Made by a program: the position numbers and the translations under genes
Origin: Pontiella sp.
GTDB taxonomy: Bacteria; Verrucomicrobiota; Kiritimatiellia; Kiritimatiellales; Pontiellaceae
NCBI GenBank assembly: GCA_050290185.1
Contig: JBNKHE010000001.1
Location: 740,803 to 804,802 of the forward strand
Direction: 5' to 3'
DNA length: 64,000 bases
The notes under the pieces: generated by a model
Seen by the model: the letters and a program-made list of their open reading frames with translations, nothing else
Told to the model about the DNA's origin: nothing
The model's database searches: none
Shown: in pieces, positions 37,813-46,942 of the stretch
Numbering within the stretch: position 1 is the first letter of the stretch
Layout: each line of letters opens with the position of its first letter

Positions 37813-39735
37813 CTAGCGAGACGGACGGCTTCCGCCGCTTCTGCGCTGGCCACCGCCGTGGCGGTTGCCCCCGCCATGCGAACGGCCCCCTCCTCCATGG
37901 CGACCGCCACTAGGCCCGCTGGAACGCGGACGGCGCTTGCGAGGAGGCGCCGGCGGAAGCTCTTCAAGCAGCTCTTCCGTCGGCATGAGACACTTCAGCT
38001 CCATGCCGAGCAGCTCTTCAATCTTGGGAAGCTCGAACGACTCCATTTCGCAGGCGAAGGTGATCGACTGCCCCAAGGCACCGGCGCGGCCGGTGCGGCC
38101 GATGCGGTGTACATAGTCGTCCGGGTTTTCGGGAATGTTAAAGTTGACCACGTGGCTGAGCCCGTCAACGTGGATTCCGCGACCCGCAACGTCAGTCGCG
38201 ACAAGCACCTTGACCTTGCCCGACTTGAAGTCCTCCAGAATGCGCATGCGCTTTTTCTGGGTGACGGCACCGGAAAGCATTTCGCACTTGTGGCTGTAGC
38301 GGTCGAGGTCTTCGGAAAGGCGCTCGGCCTGGTCGCGCCGGTTGGTGAAGATAAGGATCCGCTCCGGCTTGTCATTCTTGATGATGTTGTAGAGCAGTTT
38401 GAACTTCTGGTCATCGGTCACGATAAAGACCTTCTGATCTATGGTATCGACGGCCACCTGATCCGGTTCGATATCGATGCGCTCAGGATCAACCATCCAT
38501 GCCGAAGCCAGGTTCATCACATCGTCCGAAAGGGTTGCGCTAAACAGCACGGTCTGGCGTTTTTCCTTCGGCGGCGTCTTGTAGATAATGCGGCGCACGT
38601 CGGGAATAAAACCCATATCGAGCATGCGGTCGGCTTCGTCAATCACCATGATTTCGGTAAATCCGAGCTTCACGACATTCTTGGTGGCGAAGTCCAGCAG
38701 ACGTCCCGGCGTGGCAACCACGATATCGATCTGGTTGTCCTCCAGTTCGCGCTGCTGCTTGTTGTAGTCCATGCCGCCGTAAAGCACGACGGTGCGCAGG
38801 CCGGTGAACTGGTTGAGGCCCTCGGAATCGGCACCAATCTGCATGGCCAGCTCGCGTGTCGGCGCAATGATCAGCGCACGAGGACAGGCATGGCTTTGTT
38901 TCGGCAACGGGTTCTTCAAGCAGTGGTTGATGATCGAAATCAGAAAGGCCGCCGTTTTACCGGTGCCGGTCTGGGCGCGGCCGGCCATATCCTTGCCTTT
39001 GAGCGTGCCGGGCAGGATTTCGCCCTGGATGGGTGTGGCATACTGCCAGCCCAACGCATGGATGCTGCGCATCAGCCGGGGATGCAGATCCAGATCATGG
39101 AAACGGATTTTTCCCTCTTCCGGCGCAACGGTGAACTCGGAGGGATCCCACGGCGTTTCTTCAGCCCGGGGTTTCGGCTCACGCTTCGGAAGCGGTTTGA
39201 ACTGATTGTCGGGGCGGGGCTCGCGCTCGCGTTGATTCTTTTCGCCTTCGGGACGCGGCTTGCGTTCCCCCTGCGGCTTGCGGTTTCTTTCCCGCGGGGA
39301 CTTTTCAGAGCGATTCTGATCGCCTCCCCGGCGCAAACGAAGCCGCTTTTCATATGCCAGACGCCGATCCTCTTCTTCGGGGCGGAACTCTTTCATCCGC
39401 TCCTGTTCTTCGGCCGTCAGAACAAAGGGCTCATTGGCCACCTCTTTCTTACGCGGCGGGCGGGGTTTCCGTTCCCCCTGCGGCCGGGGCTTGCGCTCGC
39501 CCTGCGGGCGGTCGCCTTCCTTCGGCTTCCTTGACGGACGTTGTCCACCGCCCTGCGGCTTGCGGCGCTGCTGCTGACGCGGCTTCTTTTCGCTGCCGGG
39601 GCGCCATTCCTCCTGGTGAGGCTTGATCGATTTCTTCTGATCGGCGGACGATTGCTTCTTTTGTTTCGGGGCTTCCTTGCTTTTCGACTCGTCCTTCTTG
39701 CCGAAAACCGAAGCGATTTTCTTGATTAAACTCAA
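37813..39735 (-). CDS. DEAD-box RNA helicase (RhlB/RhlE-like) with a long charged N-terminal extension
   Basis: TPIQ, AQTGTGKT, PTRELA, TPGRL, DEAD, SAT, HRIGRTGR; about 200-aa R/K/P/E-rich N-terminus; RGG-like C-terminus; TTG start. Confidence 0.92.
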   Translation of the reverse strand: MSLIKKIASVFGKKDESKSKEAPKQKKQSSADQKKSIKPHQEEWRPGSEKKPRQQQRRKPQGGGQRPSRKPKEGDRPQGERKPRPQGERKPRPPRKKEVANEPFVLTAEEQERMKEFRPEEEDRRLAYEKRLRLRRGGDQNRSEKSPRERNRKPQGERKPRPEGEKNQREREPRPDNQFKPLPKREPKPRAEETPWDPSEFTVAPEEGKIRFHDLDLHPRLMRSIHALGWQYATPIQGEILPGTLKGKDMAGRAQTGTGKTAAFLISIINHCLKNPLPKQSHACPRALIIAPTRELAMQIGADSEGLNQFTGLRTVVLYGGMDYNKQQRELEDNQIDIVVATPGRLLDFATKNVVKLGFTEIMVIDEADRMLDMGFIPDVRRIIYKTPPKEKRQTVLFSATLSDDVMNLASAWMVDPERIDIEPDQVAVDTIDQKVFIVTDDQKFKLLYNIIKNDKPERILIFTNRRDQAERLSEDLDRYSHKCEMLSGAVTQKKRMRILEDFKSGKVKVLVATDVAGRGIHVDGLSHVVNFNIPENPDDYVHRIGRTGRAGALGQSITFACEMESFELPKIEELLGMELKCLMPTEELLEELPPAPPRKRRPRSSGPSGGRHGGGGRSHGGGNRHGGGQRRSGGSRPSR

Positions 39736-39763
39736 TTTCTAGTCCTTTCGCATCCGAAAGGGC

Positions 39764-39865
39764 TGGAAGAATGGATTACTGGATCCGTGTTTCTTTCAAA
39801 GGGGTTATCTCATGGCCTCCTTAAGGCACATTCAAATGTTCAGTAGTCCAAAATCCATTCTTCCA
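39764..39865. repeat. Inverted octamer-like repeat element in the helicase leader
   Basis: Perfect 14-bp IR TGGAAGAATGGATT ... AATCCATTCTTCCA with further GGATTACT/GGACTACT units. Confidence 0.7.
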
Positions 39866-41062
39866 TCATCGATCGGATGATGCGTTTAGTATTTGTTGTA
39901 TCCATTCGCAGGCCATGCACTGAACGATACCTTCGTTCACGTTTTCGTCGAACGCAGCCTGCGCGTCTGTTTCTCCCACGGGTCCTGTCATGACCGCCAT
40001 GGGAACGGGCTCGGAGGTATGCCCCTTGAGGGCTACCGGCGTTCGGTGATCTGTGCACAGCAGCAACGTATAGGCTTCGCCGCGATCTTCCAGCCATTGG
40101 AAAACCGGTGCGCAAACCCGGGCATCGAACTCTTCGATCGCCAGCGTCTTCTTCTGTGCGTCACCCATGTGCCCGCATTCATCCGGCGCTTCGATATGGA
40201 TGAAGACAAAGTCTTCCCGCTCCAGTATCTCCAGCGCCGCGTCTACTTTGCCCTGGTAATTTGTATCCAGGAAGCCGGTCGCACCCTCCACATCGGGGGC
40301 TTCCAGACCGGCCAGTTTTGCAATGCCCTTCAGCAGGTCGACCGCGGAGATCACTCCGCCGCCCAGACCGTAGAGGGACTTGTATGATTCCAGCTGCATG
40401 GCATTCCCCTGCCCCCACAGCCAGATTTGCGTTGCGGGCTTTTTTCCTTCCGCAATACGCTTTTGGTTAACCGGATGATCGGCGAACACTTCTTTGGATA
40501 GTTCCATCAGTTCGCGGATTTCATCCTGCCGATCTCCTGCCGGAAGGTTTCCTTCCACCGGCTTGTCCGAGATCTCATGCGGCGGCACGCATTCGCTATC
40601 CGCCGGGCCGCCGTCCCACACCAGCAGGTGACGGTACTGTACGCCGGGATGGAAGGTCAGCCCCTCGCGTCCCAGCTTTTCCTGGACGGATGCCATCAGC
40701 GCCCGCCCCTCTTCCGTGGTAATGTGCCCGGCGGAATAGTCGTCCATAATCCCGTCCTTGACCGTCACCAGATTGCAGCGAAACGCCACATCCTGCGGGG
40801 TCATCGGGATTTCCGCGCCGGCGGCCTCGATCGGGGCGCGGCCGGTATAGTTCTTTGCCGCGTCATAGCCGAGCAGGGCCAGGTTGGCCACATCGCTCCC
40901 GGGAGGCATGCCTTCCGGGACCGTCTGCACCAGACGGGTTTCACCCAGTCCGGCAAACTTCCTAACCGTCGGGGCGTTTGCCGCCTGCAATGGCGTCTTT
41001 CCGCCAAGTGCGTCAACAGGATAGTCACCCATGCCGTCGCCAACCAATACCACATACTTCAT
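39866..41062 (-). CDS. Cofactor-independent phosphoglycerate mutase family protein (ApgM / proposed homoserine kinase subfamily)
   Basis: MKYVVLVGDGM, GKTPLQ, PPGSDVANL, YTGRAPIEAA, AFRCNLVT, EAPDECGH, TDH, HTSEPVP. Confidence 0.85.
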   Translation of the reverse strand: MKYVVLVGDGMGDYPVDALGGKTPLQAANAPTVRKFAGLGETRLVQTVPEGMPPGSDVANLALLGYDAAKNYTGRAPIEAAGAEIPMTPQDVAFRCNLVTVKDGIMDDYSAGHITTEEGRALMASVQEKLGREGLTFHPGVQYRHLLVWDGGPADSECVPPHEISDKPVEGNLPAGDRQDEIRELMELSKEVFADHPVNQKRIAEGKKPATQIWLWGQGNAMQLESYKSLYGLGGGVISAVDLLKGIAKLAGLEAPDVEGATGFLDTNYQGKVDAALEILEREDFVFIHIEAPDECGHMGDAQKKTLAIEEFDARVCAPVFQWLEDRGEAYTLLLCTDHRTPVALKGHTSEPVPMAVMTGPVGETDAQAAFDENVNEGIVQCMACEWIQQILNASSDR

Positions 41063-41228
41063 CGAACAAACTCCAAATAATTGCGGCGGAATTTCCATGA
41101 AATGCGGCCAAAAGGCAAATCTTAAGCGCATTCAATTAGCGCACGAATAATCTGTTTTTCCGCCGCCGGATACAGGTTTTGGCAGAAATGACTTCCATTC
41201 AACAAGCCCAGGGCCTATACGGGCTCCC

Positions 41229-43133
41229 TTGAAAAACAACGATACAGATTGGTCAGTCGAACAATCGGCTGAGTTATACGGCATCAATAACTGGGGGGCG
41301 GACTACTTCAGTGTGTCCCGCAAAGGCGAAGTCCTGGTACACCCGCACGGTAACGGCGTAGGGGTCAGCCTTCAGAAAATCATCGATGGTCTGGACGACC
41401 GCGGCCTCGACATGCCCGTACTGTTGCGTTTGAGCGACATCCTGGACTCCCGTATTCAGAAGCTCCACGAAAGCTTCGCCAAGGCGATTGCTGAATTCGA
41501 GTATGACGGCCGCTATCGCGGCGTCTATCCCATCAAGGTCAACCAGCAGCAGCAGGTTCTGGAGGAGATTACGCATTTCGGCGCGCGCTACCACCATGGC
41601 CTCGAAGCCGGCAGCAAACCGGAACTGATCGCCGCGCTGGCCTATATGCACGACACCGAAGCCTACCTGATCTGCAACGGCTACAAGGACGCCGAATTCG
41701 TCGATCTTGGACTCTATGCCTGCAAGATGGGCTTGCAGTGTGCGTTTGTGGTGGAAAACCCGTCTGAGCTGGCATTGATCATCGAGCGCTCCCGGGAACT
41801 CGATATCAAGCCGATCATCGGCGTGCGCCTCAAGCTTTCGACCCAGGCTTCCGGCCACTGGAACGAATCCGGCGGCGAACGCAGTGTTTTCGGCCTCAAC
41901 CCGTCCCAGGTGTGCGACCTCGTCGATATGCTTCGCGATGAAGACATGCTCGACTGCCTCAAGCTGCTCCACTACCACGTCGGATCGCAGATCCCGAACG
42001 TCCGCGACATTCGCGAAGCAGTGGTCGAGGCCTGCCGGGTCTACATAGGCCTGGTCAACGAAGGCGCCCCCATGGGGGTACTCGACCTCGGCGGCGGCCT
42101 GGCGGTCGATTATGATGGATCCCACTCGGATACCGCATCAAGCCGCAACTATGGTCTCGATGAATACTGTGCGGCCATTGTGGAAAACATCGTGAGCACC
42201 CTAGACGAGGTGGATATCCCGCACCCGGATATCGTCACCGAATCCGGCCGCGCCACGGTGGCCTACTACTCCGTACTGCTCTTCAATATTCTCGACGACA
42301 GCCGCTTCGAGATCGACGCACTCCCGAAGGAACTGGAGGACGACGCACACGAGCTGCTGCAGAACCTGATGACCGTGGTCAACGTGCTCGAAGCCAAAAA
42401 TGCGCAGGAGTGCTACCACGATGCCTTCTACTACCGTGACGAGATCCACCAGCGCTTCAAGCGCGGAACCATGTCGTTGCGCGAACGCGCGTTGGCCGGT
42501 GAAATCTTCTGGCACATCATCACGCGCATCGCGGCACTGACCAAGGAGATGGAGTTCGTGCCCGATGAGCTGCAGAAGCTCCACTCCGTTCTAGCCGACA
42601 TCTACTACGGCAACTTCAGCCTCTTCCAATCGCTCCCCGATGTCTGGGCCATCGACCAGCTATTCCCGATCATGCCGATCCACCGGCTCGACGAAAAGCC
42701 AACCCGCGAGGTCGTATTGGCCGACATTACCTGCGACTGCGACGGAAAGATTGATCATTTCGTTGGACAACACACAACACGCGATACCCTTCAGCTCCAT
42801 AATCTGACCAAGGACGAGTACTATCTCGGCGTCTTTCTGGTCGGCGCCTATCAGGAAACATTGGGCGACCTGCACAATCTGCTGGGCGATACCAATGTGG
42901 TTACCGTTCGCGTGGATTACGAAGGGCACCTTCAGTTCACGCGCGAGATCGAAGGCGACTCGGTGGCCGACGTGCTCAGCTATGTTGAATACGACCCGAA
43001 ACGCATGATCCGCCATATCCGCGAGCTGGCGGAAGAGGCCGTTCAGAACGGCCGCATCTCTCCCAAGGAACGCCGGCACATCATGGATGCCTACGAAGAC
43101 GGCATGCGCGGCTACACCTATTTCGAGCGCTAA
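41229..43133 (+). CDS. speA: Biosynthetic arginine decarboxylase
   Basis: YPIKVNQ, GLEAGSKPEL, CNGYKD, HYHVGSQI, DLGGGL.VDYDG, TESGRA, DITCDCDGKI, GAYQE.LG. Confidence 0.95.
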   Translation: MKNNDTDWSVEQSAELYGINNWGADYFSVSRKGEVLVHPHGNGVGVSLQKIIDGLDDRGLDMPVLLRLSDILDSRIQKLHESFAKAIAEFEYDGRYRGVYPIKVNQQQQVLEEITHFGARYHHGLEAGSKPELIAALAYMHDTEAYLICNGYKDAEFVDLGLYACKMGLQCAFVVENPSELALIIERSRELDIKPIIGVRLKLSTQASGHWNESGGERSVFGLNPSQVCDLVDMLRDEDMLDCLKLLHYHVGSQIPNVRDIREAVVEACRVYIGLVNEGAPMGVLDLGGGLAVDYDGSHSDTASSRNYGLDEYCAAIVENIVSTLDEVDIPHPDIVTESGRATVAYYSVLLFNILDDSRFEIDALPKELEDDAHELLQNLMTVVNVLEAKNAQECYHDAFYYRDEIHQRFKRGTMSLRERALAGEIFWHIITRIAALTKEMEFVPDELQKLHSVLADIYYGNFSLFQSLPDVWAIDQLFPIMPIHRLDEKPTREVVLADITCDCDGKIDHFVGQHTTRDTLQLHNLTKDEYYLGVFLVGAYQETLGDLHNLLGDTNVVTVRVDYEGHLQFTREIEGDSVADVLSYVEYDPKRMIRHIRELAEEAVQNGRISPKERRHIMDAYEDGMRGYTYFER

Positions 43134-43218
43134 GCCGGGTTTGACGAACCCGTCACAACCCGCTACCTTTTCTCGAAATTCCGGCAAAGATGATCGGTAA
43201 GGTCTCTTTACTAGGTAA

Positions 43219-43266
43219 GGACGATGTCCTCATCGTCCGGCGGACAGCGAGGACGCTATCCCTCCA
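43219..43266. repeat. REP-like double hairpin (GGAG family)
   Basis: GGACGATG-TCCT-CATCGTCC and GGACAGCG-AGGA-CGCTATCCCTCCA; related to 16657-16709. Confidence 0.65.
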
Positions 43267-43302
43267 GAAAGAAAACCGGGAAAAACCTAATACGGACCAA
43301 AC

Positions 43303-44445
43303 ATGAAATTTGATACAGCGGCTATTCACATCGGACAGGAACCGGACCGGGAAACCGGCGCGGTCATTCCACCGGTCTATCTGACCTCGACCTTTGCTCA
43401 ACTGGAACCCGGCCAAACCCACGGCTACGACTACACCCGTTCCGGCAATCCGGCTTTTGATCGGCTCGGCGCCACACTGGCGCATTTGGAGCAGGCCGAA
43501 TATGCCACGGTATTCGGTAGCGGAATGGCGGCTGTCACCGCCGTAATCTCCACCCTTTCGTCGGGCGACCATGTGGTGGCCGAGGAAAACATCTATGGTT
43601 GCACCTACCGCATCTACGACAAGGTCTTCAAGAAGTTCGGCGTGACCATCAGCTATATAGATCTCAGCGACCCAGCCAACTATGCCGAGATCGAAAAGCA
43701 GAAGCCGGCCCTGGTCTGGATCGAATCGCCCACCAACCCGTTGCTGAAAATCATCGACATCGCTGCCGTCGCCGATGCCTGCCACGCCGCCGGAACCGAA
43801 CTCCTGGTCGACAACACCTTCGCATCCCCCTGTTTCCAGAACCCGATTACACTCGGCGCCGACGTCAGCCTTTCGAGCACCACCAAATACATCAACGGGC
43901 ACTCGGACTGCCTCGGCGGCGTGGTTTGCACCAGCTCCAAGGATTGGAACGAAAAAATGGTTTTCGCCCAGAAGGCGATCGGCCTCAATCCCTCGCCGTT
44001 CGACTGCTGGCTTATCTCGCGCGGCCTCAAAACGCTGGGCGTGCGCATGAAAAAGCATGCCCAGAACGCGCTCAAGATGGCCGAATTCCTCGAAGGACTC
44101 GATTGCACAACCTCGGTTCGTTATCCGTTCCTTCCGTCACACCCGCAGCATGAGCTCGCGAAGCAGCAAATGCGCGGTGGTAGCGGCATGGTAACGGCTC
44201 TCTTCGACCTCTCGTTCGAGCAGGTCGTAAAACTGGTCTCGAACCTGAACCTGTTCTCGCTGGCCGAAAGCCTCGGCGGAATCGAGTCGCTCATCTGCCA
44301 TCCGGCGTCGATGACCCACGCCTCCATTCCGAAAGCCGAACGCGAAGCGGTCGGCATTACCGACGGACTTGTACGCTTTTCGGTAGGCATCGAGGATGCC
44401 GACGACCTGATCGCCGATATTCAAACCGCCCTGAACCAGCTTTAG
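43303..44445 (+). CDS. Cystathionine gamma-lyase/beta-lyase/gamma-synthase family PLP enzyme
   Basis: YTRSGNP, FGSGMAA, ESPTNP, VDNTF, STTKYINGHSD, LAESLGGIESL, RFSVGIE. Confidence 0.92.
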   Translation: MKFDTAAIHIGQEPDRETGAVIPPVYLTSTFAQLEPGQTHGYDYTRSGNPAFDRLGATLAHLEQAEYATVFGSGMAAVTAVISTLSSGDHVVAEENIYGCTYRIYDKVFKKFGVTISYIDLSDPANYAEIEKQKPALVWIESPTNPLLKIIDIAAVADACHAAGTELLVDNTFASPCFQNPITLGADVSLSSTTKYINGHSDCLGGVVCTSSKDWNEKMVFAQKAIGLNPSPFDCWLISRGLKTLGVRMKKHAQNALKMAEFLEGLDCTTSVRYPFLPSHPQHELAKQQMRGGSGMVTALFDLSFEQVVKLVSNLNLFSLAESLGGIESLICHPASMTHASIPKAEREAVGITDGLVRFSVGIEDADDLIADIQTALNQL

Positions 44446-44449
44446 TCCC

Positions 44450-45940
44450 ATGCCGCAGGAAAATCTACGCAACCATCCGCTCTGCCGCGCCGAAGATCTG
44501 GGTAAGCCGATCCCCAACACGAAGCACGCCATCTCGATGTGCCTGCCGCGCTGGCAGGATGTGGTCGGCTACGAGGAACGCGATCCGGCCACGATGAAAC
44601 GGTTGCAATTGGGTTATCCCCGTTTTTTCTACCACCCGCTGGTGGAGGCGGCGTTTGAAAAGTTTCGCCAGCCTTCGGATGATCAGATCCATCTATACAC
44701 GACCCGCGCCGCCGCCCAACGCTGCGCCGCCTACCTTTGGATCAAGGATCCCAAAGCCGAAGTGCATATTCGGGGACTTATCAATTCTCCGGTCACGCTC
44801 ATCAGTTTTCCGGAATCGCTGGCGGAGCATGCCAAGGCTTACTGGCAACATGCCGGCGAAGGCATTTCCTCGCGGTGCGCCGAAATGCTTCTAAACAACA
44901 CCACACTTCCCGATGCCTCGGAAGCGCAACGGAAGATCGTCGAACGCGTTGCAGATTTCACGGGGACCACCGCGGACAATGTCTACCTGTTTTGCTCTGG
45001 CATGGCGGCTATCAATGCGGCCTACATTGCATCGCGGAACCTGAATCCCGATGCCCCGACCGTTCAGTTTGCTTTCCCATACGGTGACACGTTGAAACTG
45101 CAGAACAAGTTTAACAAGTCGGGAGCATTGTTCTACTCCAACGGACATGAAGACGATTTGAAACAGCTGGAGTCGGATCTGGAAGACACAAAGGTCAGCG
45201 GTCTCTTTTGCGAGTTTCCGACCAACCCGTTGCTTACCAGCGTCGATCTTCAGCGGCTTCGCGAACTCGCGGACCAGTATAACTTCCCGATCATCATCGA
45301 TGAGACGCTCGGGGCATGCATCAATCAGAATACCCTACCCGCTTCCGACGTGTCGGCGATCAGCCTGACCAAGTTTTTCTCGGGCACCAGCGACGTCATG
45401 GGCGGCGCGTTGATCATTAACCCCGACGCACCCTTTGCGGCTCACTTCCGGAAACAGCTTGGCGAAATCCACGAACCGGAGGCTTTCCATCCGGCAGATA
45501 TCATCCAGCTGGAATCCGATTCGCGCAACTATCGTGAAAGGGTGGAACGGATCAACCGGACCGCGCTGGAAATATGCGAGCACCTTCACAAGCATCCGGC
45601 CGTGGAGTCGGTCTACTATCCCGCCGTTACCGACAAGGAAATGTACGATCGGTTCCGACGGCCCGAGGGCGGATACGGAGGACTGCTATCCTTTGTGCTC
45701 AAGGATGCGGCCAAGCATACCGAAGCCTTCTACGATGCGCTGGAAATCACCAAGGGCCCCAACCTCGGAACGAGTTTCAGCCTCTGTTGCCCTTTCGTAC
45801 TGATTGCCCACTACGATGAGCTGGAATGGGCCGAAAGAGCCGGCGCCTCGCGCTATCTTATTCGGATCTCGGTTGGTCTCGAACCGGCCAGCGAATTAAT
45901 CGAACGCATTGATCGCGCCCTCAATACCAAATTCGCGTAA
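44450..45940 (+). CDS. Long-form cystathionine gamma-synthase-like PLP enzyme (fungal Str2-like N-terminus)
   Basis: HAISMCLPRW..VVGYEE, GYPRF, WQHAGEGISSR, CEFPTNPLL, SLTKFFSG..DVMGG, KGPNLGT. Confidence 0.8.
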   Translation: MPQENLRNHPLCRAEDLGKPIPNTKHAISMCLPRWQDVVGYEERDPATMKRLQLGYPRFFYHPLVEAAFEKFRQPSDDQIHLYTTRAAAQRCAAYLWIKDPKAEVHIRGLINSPVTLISFPESLAEHAKAYWQHAGEGISSRCAEMLLNNTTLPDASEAQRKIVERVADFTGTTADNVYLFCSGMAAINAAYIASRNLNPDAPTVQFAFPYGDTLKLQNKFNKSGALFYSNGHEDDLKQLESDLEDTKVSGLFCEFPTNPLLTSVDLQRLRELADQYNFPIIIDETLGACINQNTLPASDVSAISLTKFFSGTSDVMGGALIINPDAPFAAHFRKQLGEIHEPEAFHPADIIQLESDSRNYRERVERINRTALEICEHLHKHPAVESVYYPAVTDKEMYDRFRRPEGGYGGLLSFVLKDAAKHTEAFYDALEITKGPNLGTSFSLCCPFVLIAHYDELEWAERAGASRYLIRISVGLEPASELIERIDRALNTKFA

Positions 45941-45957
45941 ACCGCCATATCCGCGTA

Positions 45958-45997
45958 GCACTATCATCCAGATCCACGGCCGTGAAGCTGGATGATA
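45958..45997. repeat. Self-palindromic about 40-bp repeat, left flank of the PaaX/Cas2-like gene
   Basis: GCACTATCATCCAGATCCACGGCCGTGAAGCTGGATGATA. Confidence 0.85.
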
Positions 45998-46001
45998 TGG
46001 C

Positions 46002-46811
46002 CTACAGGCGTTCATTGATCTTCGAAAACAATGTCCTGTGCAGTGAAAGCACTTCCATCCCACGATAGTTGGATGGACAGAGCGACATCGGAAGCAAAGG
46101 ATCTTCGACAAATACGCTATGATAGGCATCCAAGGCCAAGCGCATCAGCGGGCCCAATTCTTCAGCCTTGCAATTGCCTTGCTCCATCCTATCAATGTTT
46201 TCTTCCATAACTTCGCAATAGCGATCCTGTAGCAGGGAAAGTCTCCCAAAGTTCCACGCCTCCTCCACCACCCGGTTTCTTGGCAAACCCAACACGGTTT
46301 TCGCCTCGAATAGAAATGCAAACGCATCGATGCTGACCGCCTTTGAAAGGTCGTCAAAATCCGGACGAATATCCTGGGGCGTCACCCACACGCTTTGCTG
46401 CAGGCAACCCATTCGCATACGTTTCAAGAACTGCCGCAGGACATCCCTGTATTTTCGGTCTATTTCTGGTACATCGTACACAAGGAGATACCAAATACCG
46501 TTCCATTTCCTGTTCCACATTTTTTCGGGCGAGAAATACGGAGGCAGGCCGCTCTTCCCCGCTGCGGTAAGCGTCAGGTGCGGGGTTTGGCCACTCTCGG
46601 ATCGATTCACGACCAGACCGTTCTTGCGCAAGCGGCTTGTAGCATTGAGATAGGCCGCATGATTGGGATAGCAGGATTGGTTCAGCAGCCCCCAACCACC
46701 GCGCGTCAGAAAAACAGCCGACAGCTCCAGCATCTCCATAAGCTCAATGCCGACACGCCGTCGAACCACGGGCCAACTGATATCGGGATGGTGAAATTCG
46801 GTCCACTTCAT
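46002..46811 (-). CDS. PaaX-like protein (wHTH remnant + Cas2-like central domain + PaaX_C)
   Basis: SRLRKNGLV...LTAAGK; WNGIWYLLVYDVPE..RKYRDVLRQFLKRMRMGCLQQSVWVTP; AWNF..L...Y; DPLLP..L.P. Confidence 0.85.
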   Translation of the reverse strand: MKWTEFHHPDISWPVVRRRVGIELMEMLELSAVFLTRGGWGLLNQSCYPNHAAYLNATSRLRKNGLVVNRSESGQTPHLTLTAAGKSGLPPYFSPEKMWNRKWNGIWYLLVYDVPEIDRKYRDVLRQFLKRMRMGCLQQSVWVTPQDIRPDFDDLSKAVSIDAFAFLFEAKTVLGLPRNRVVEEAWNFGRLSLLQDRYCEVMEENIDRMEQGNCKAEELGPLMRLALDAYHSVFVEDPLLPMSLCPSNYRGMEVLSLHRTLFSKINERL

Positions 46812-46819
46812 TTCACCCT

Positions 46820-46861
46820 ACTATCATCTATCCTCACGGCCGTCGAGATGGATGATAGTGC
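46820..46861. repeat. Self-palindromic about 40-bp repeat, right flank of the PaaX/Cas2-like gene
   Basis: ACTATCATCTATCCTCACGGCCGTCGAGATGGATGATAGTGC; its reverse complement matches the left copy at 34/40 by manual count. Confidence 0.85.
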
Positions 46862-46942
46862 AATAATTCTCCTCGACTCCACGACTTGCAATAGCGTTGG
46901 CGATGGGATATCTGTTCGGCCTCATTTTTCAGGAGATTTTCT

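Noticed and set aside
37699..39534. Long antisense ORFs (e.g. 611 aa here, 507 aa at 16427, 482 aa at 32879, 424 aa at 31891)
   Set aside because: Shadows of GC3-rich real genes on the opposite strand; no motifs.
45958..46861. CRISPR array associated with the Cas2-like domain
   Set aside because: Only two repeats, 860 bp apart with a gene between them; no spacers and no other cas genes.
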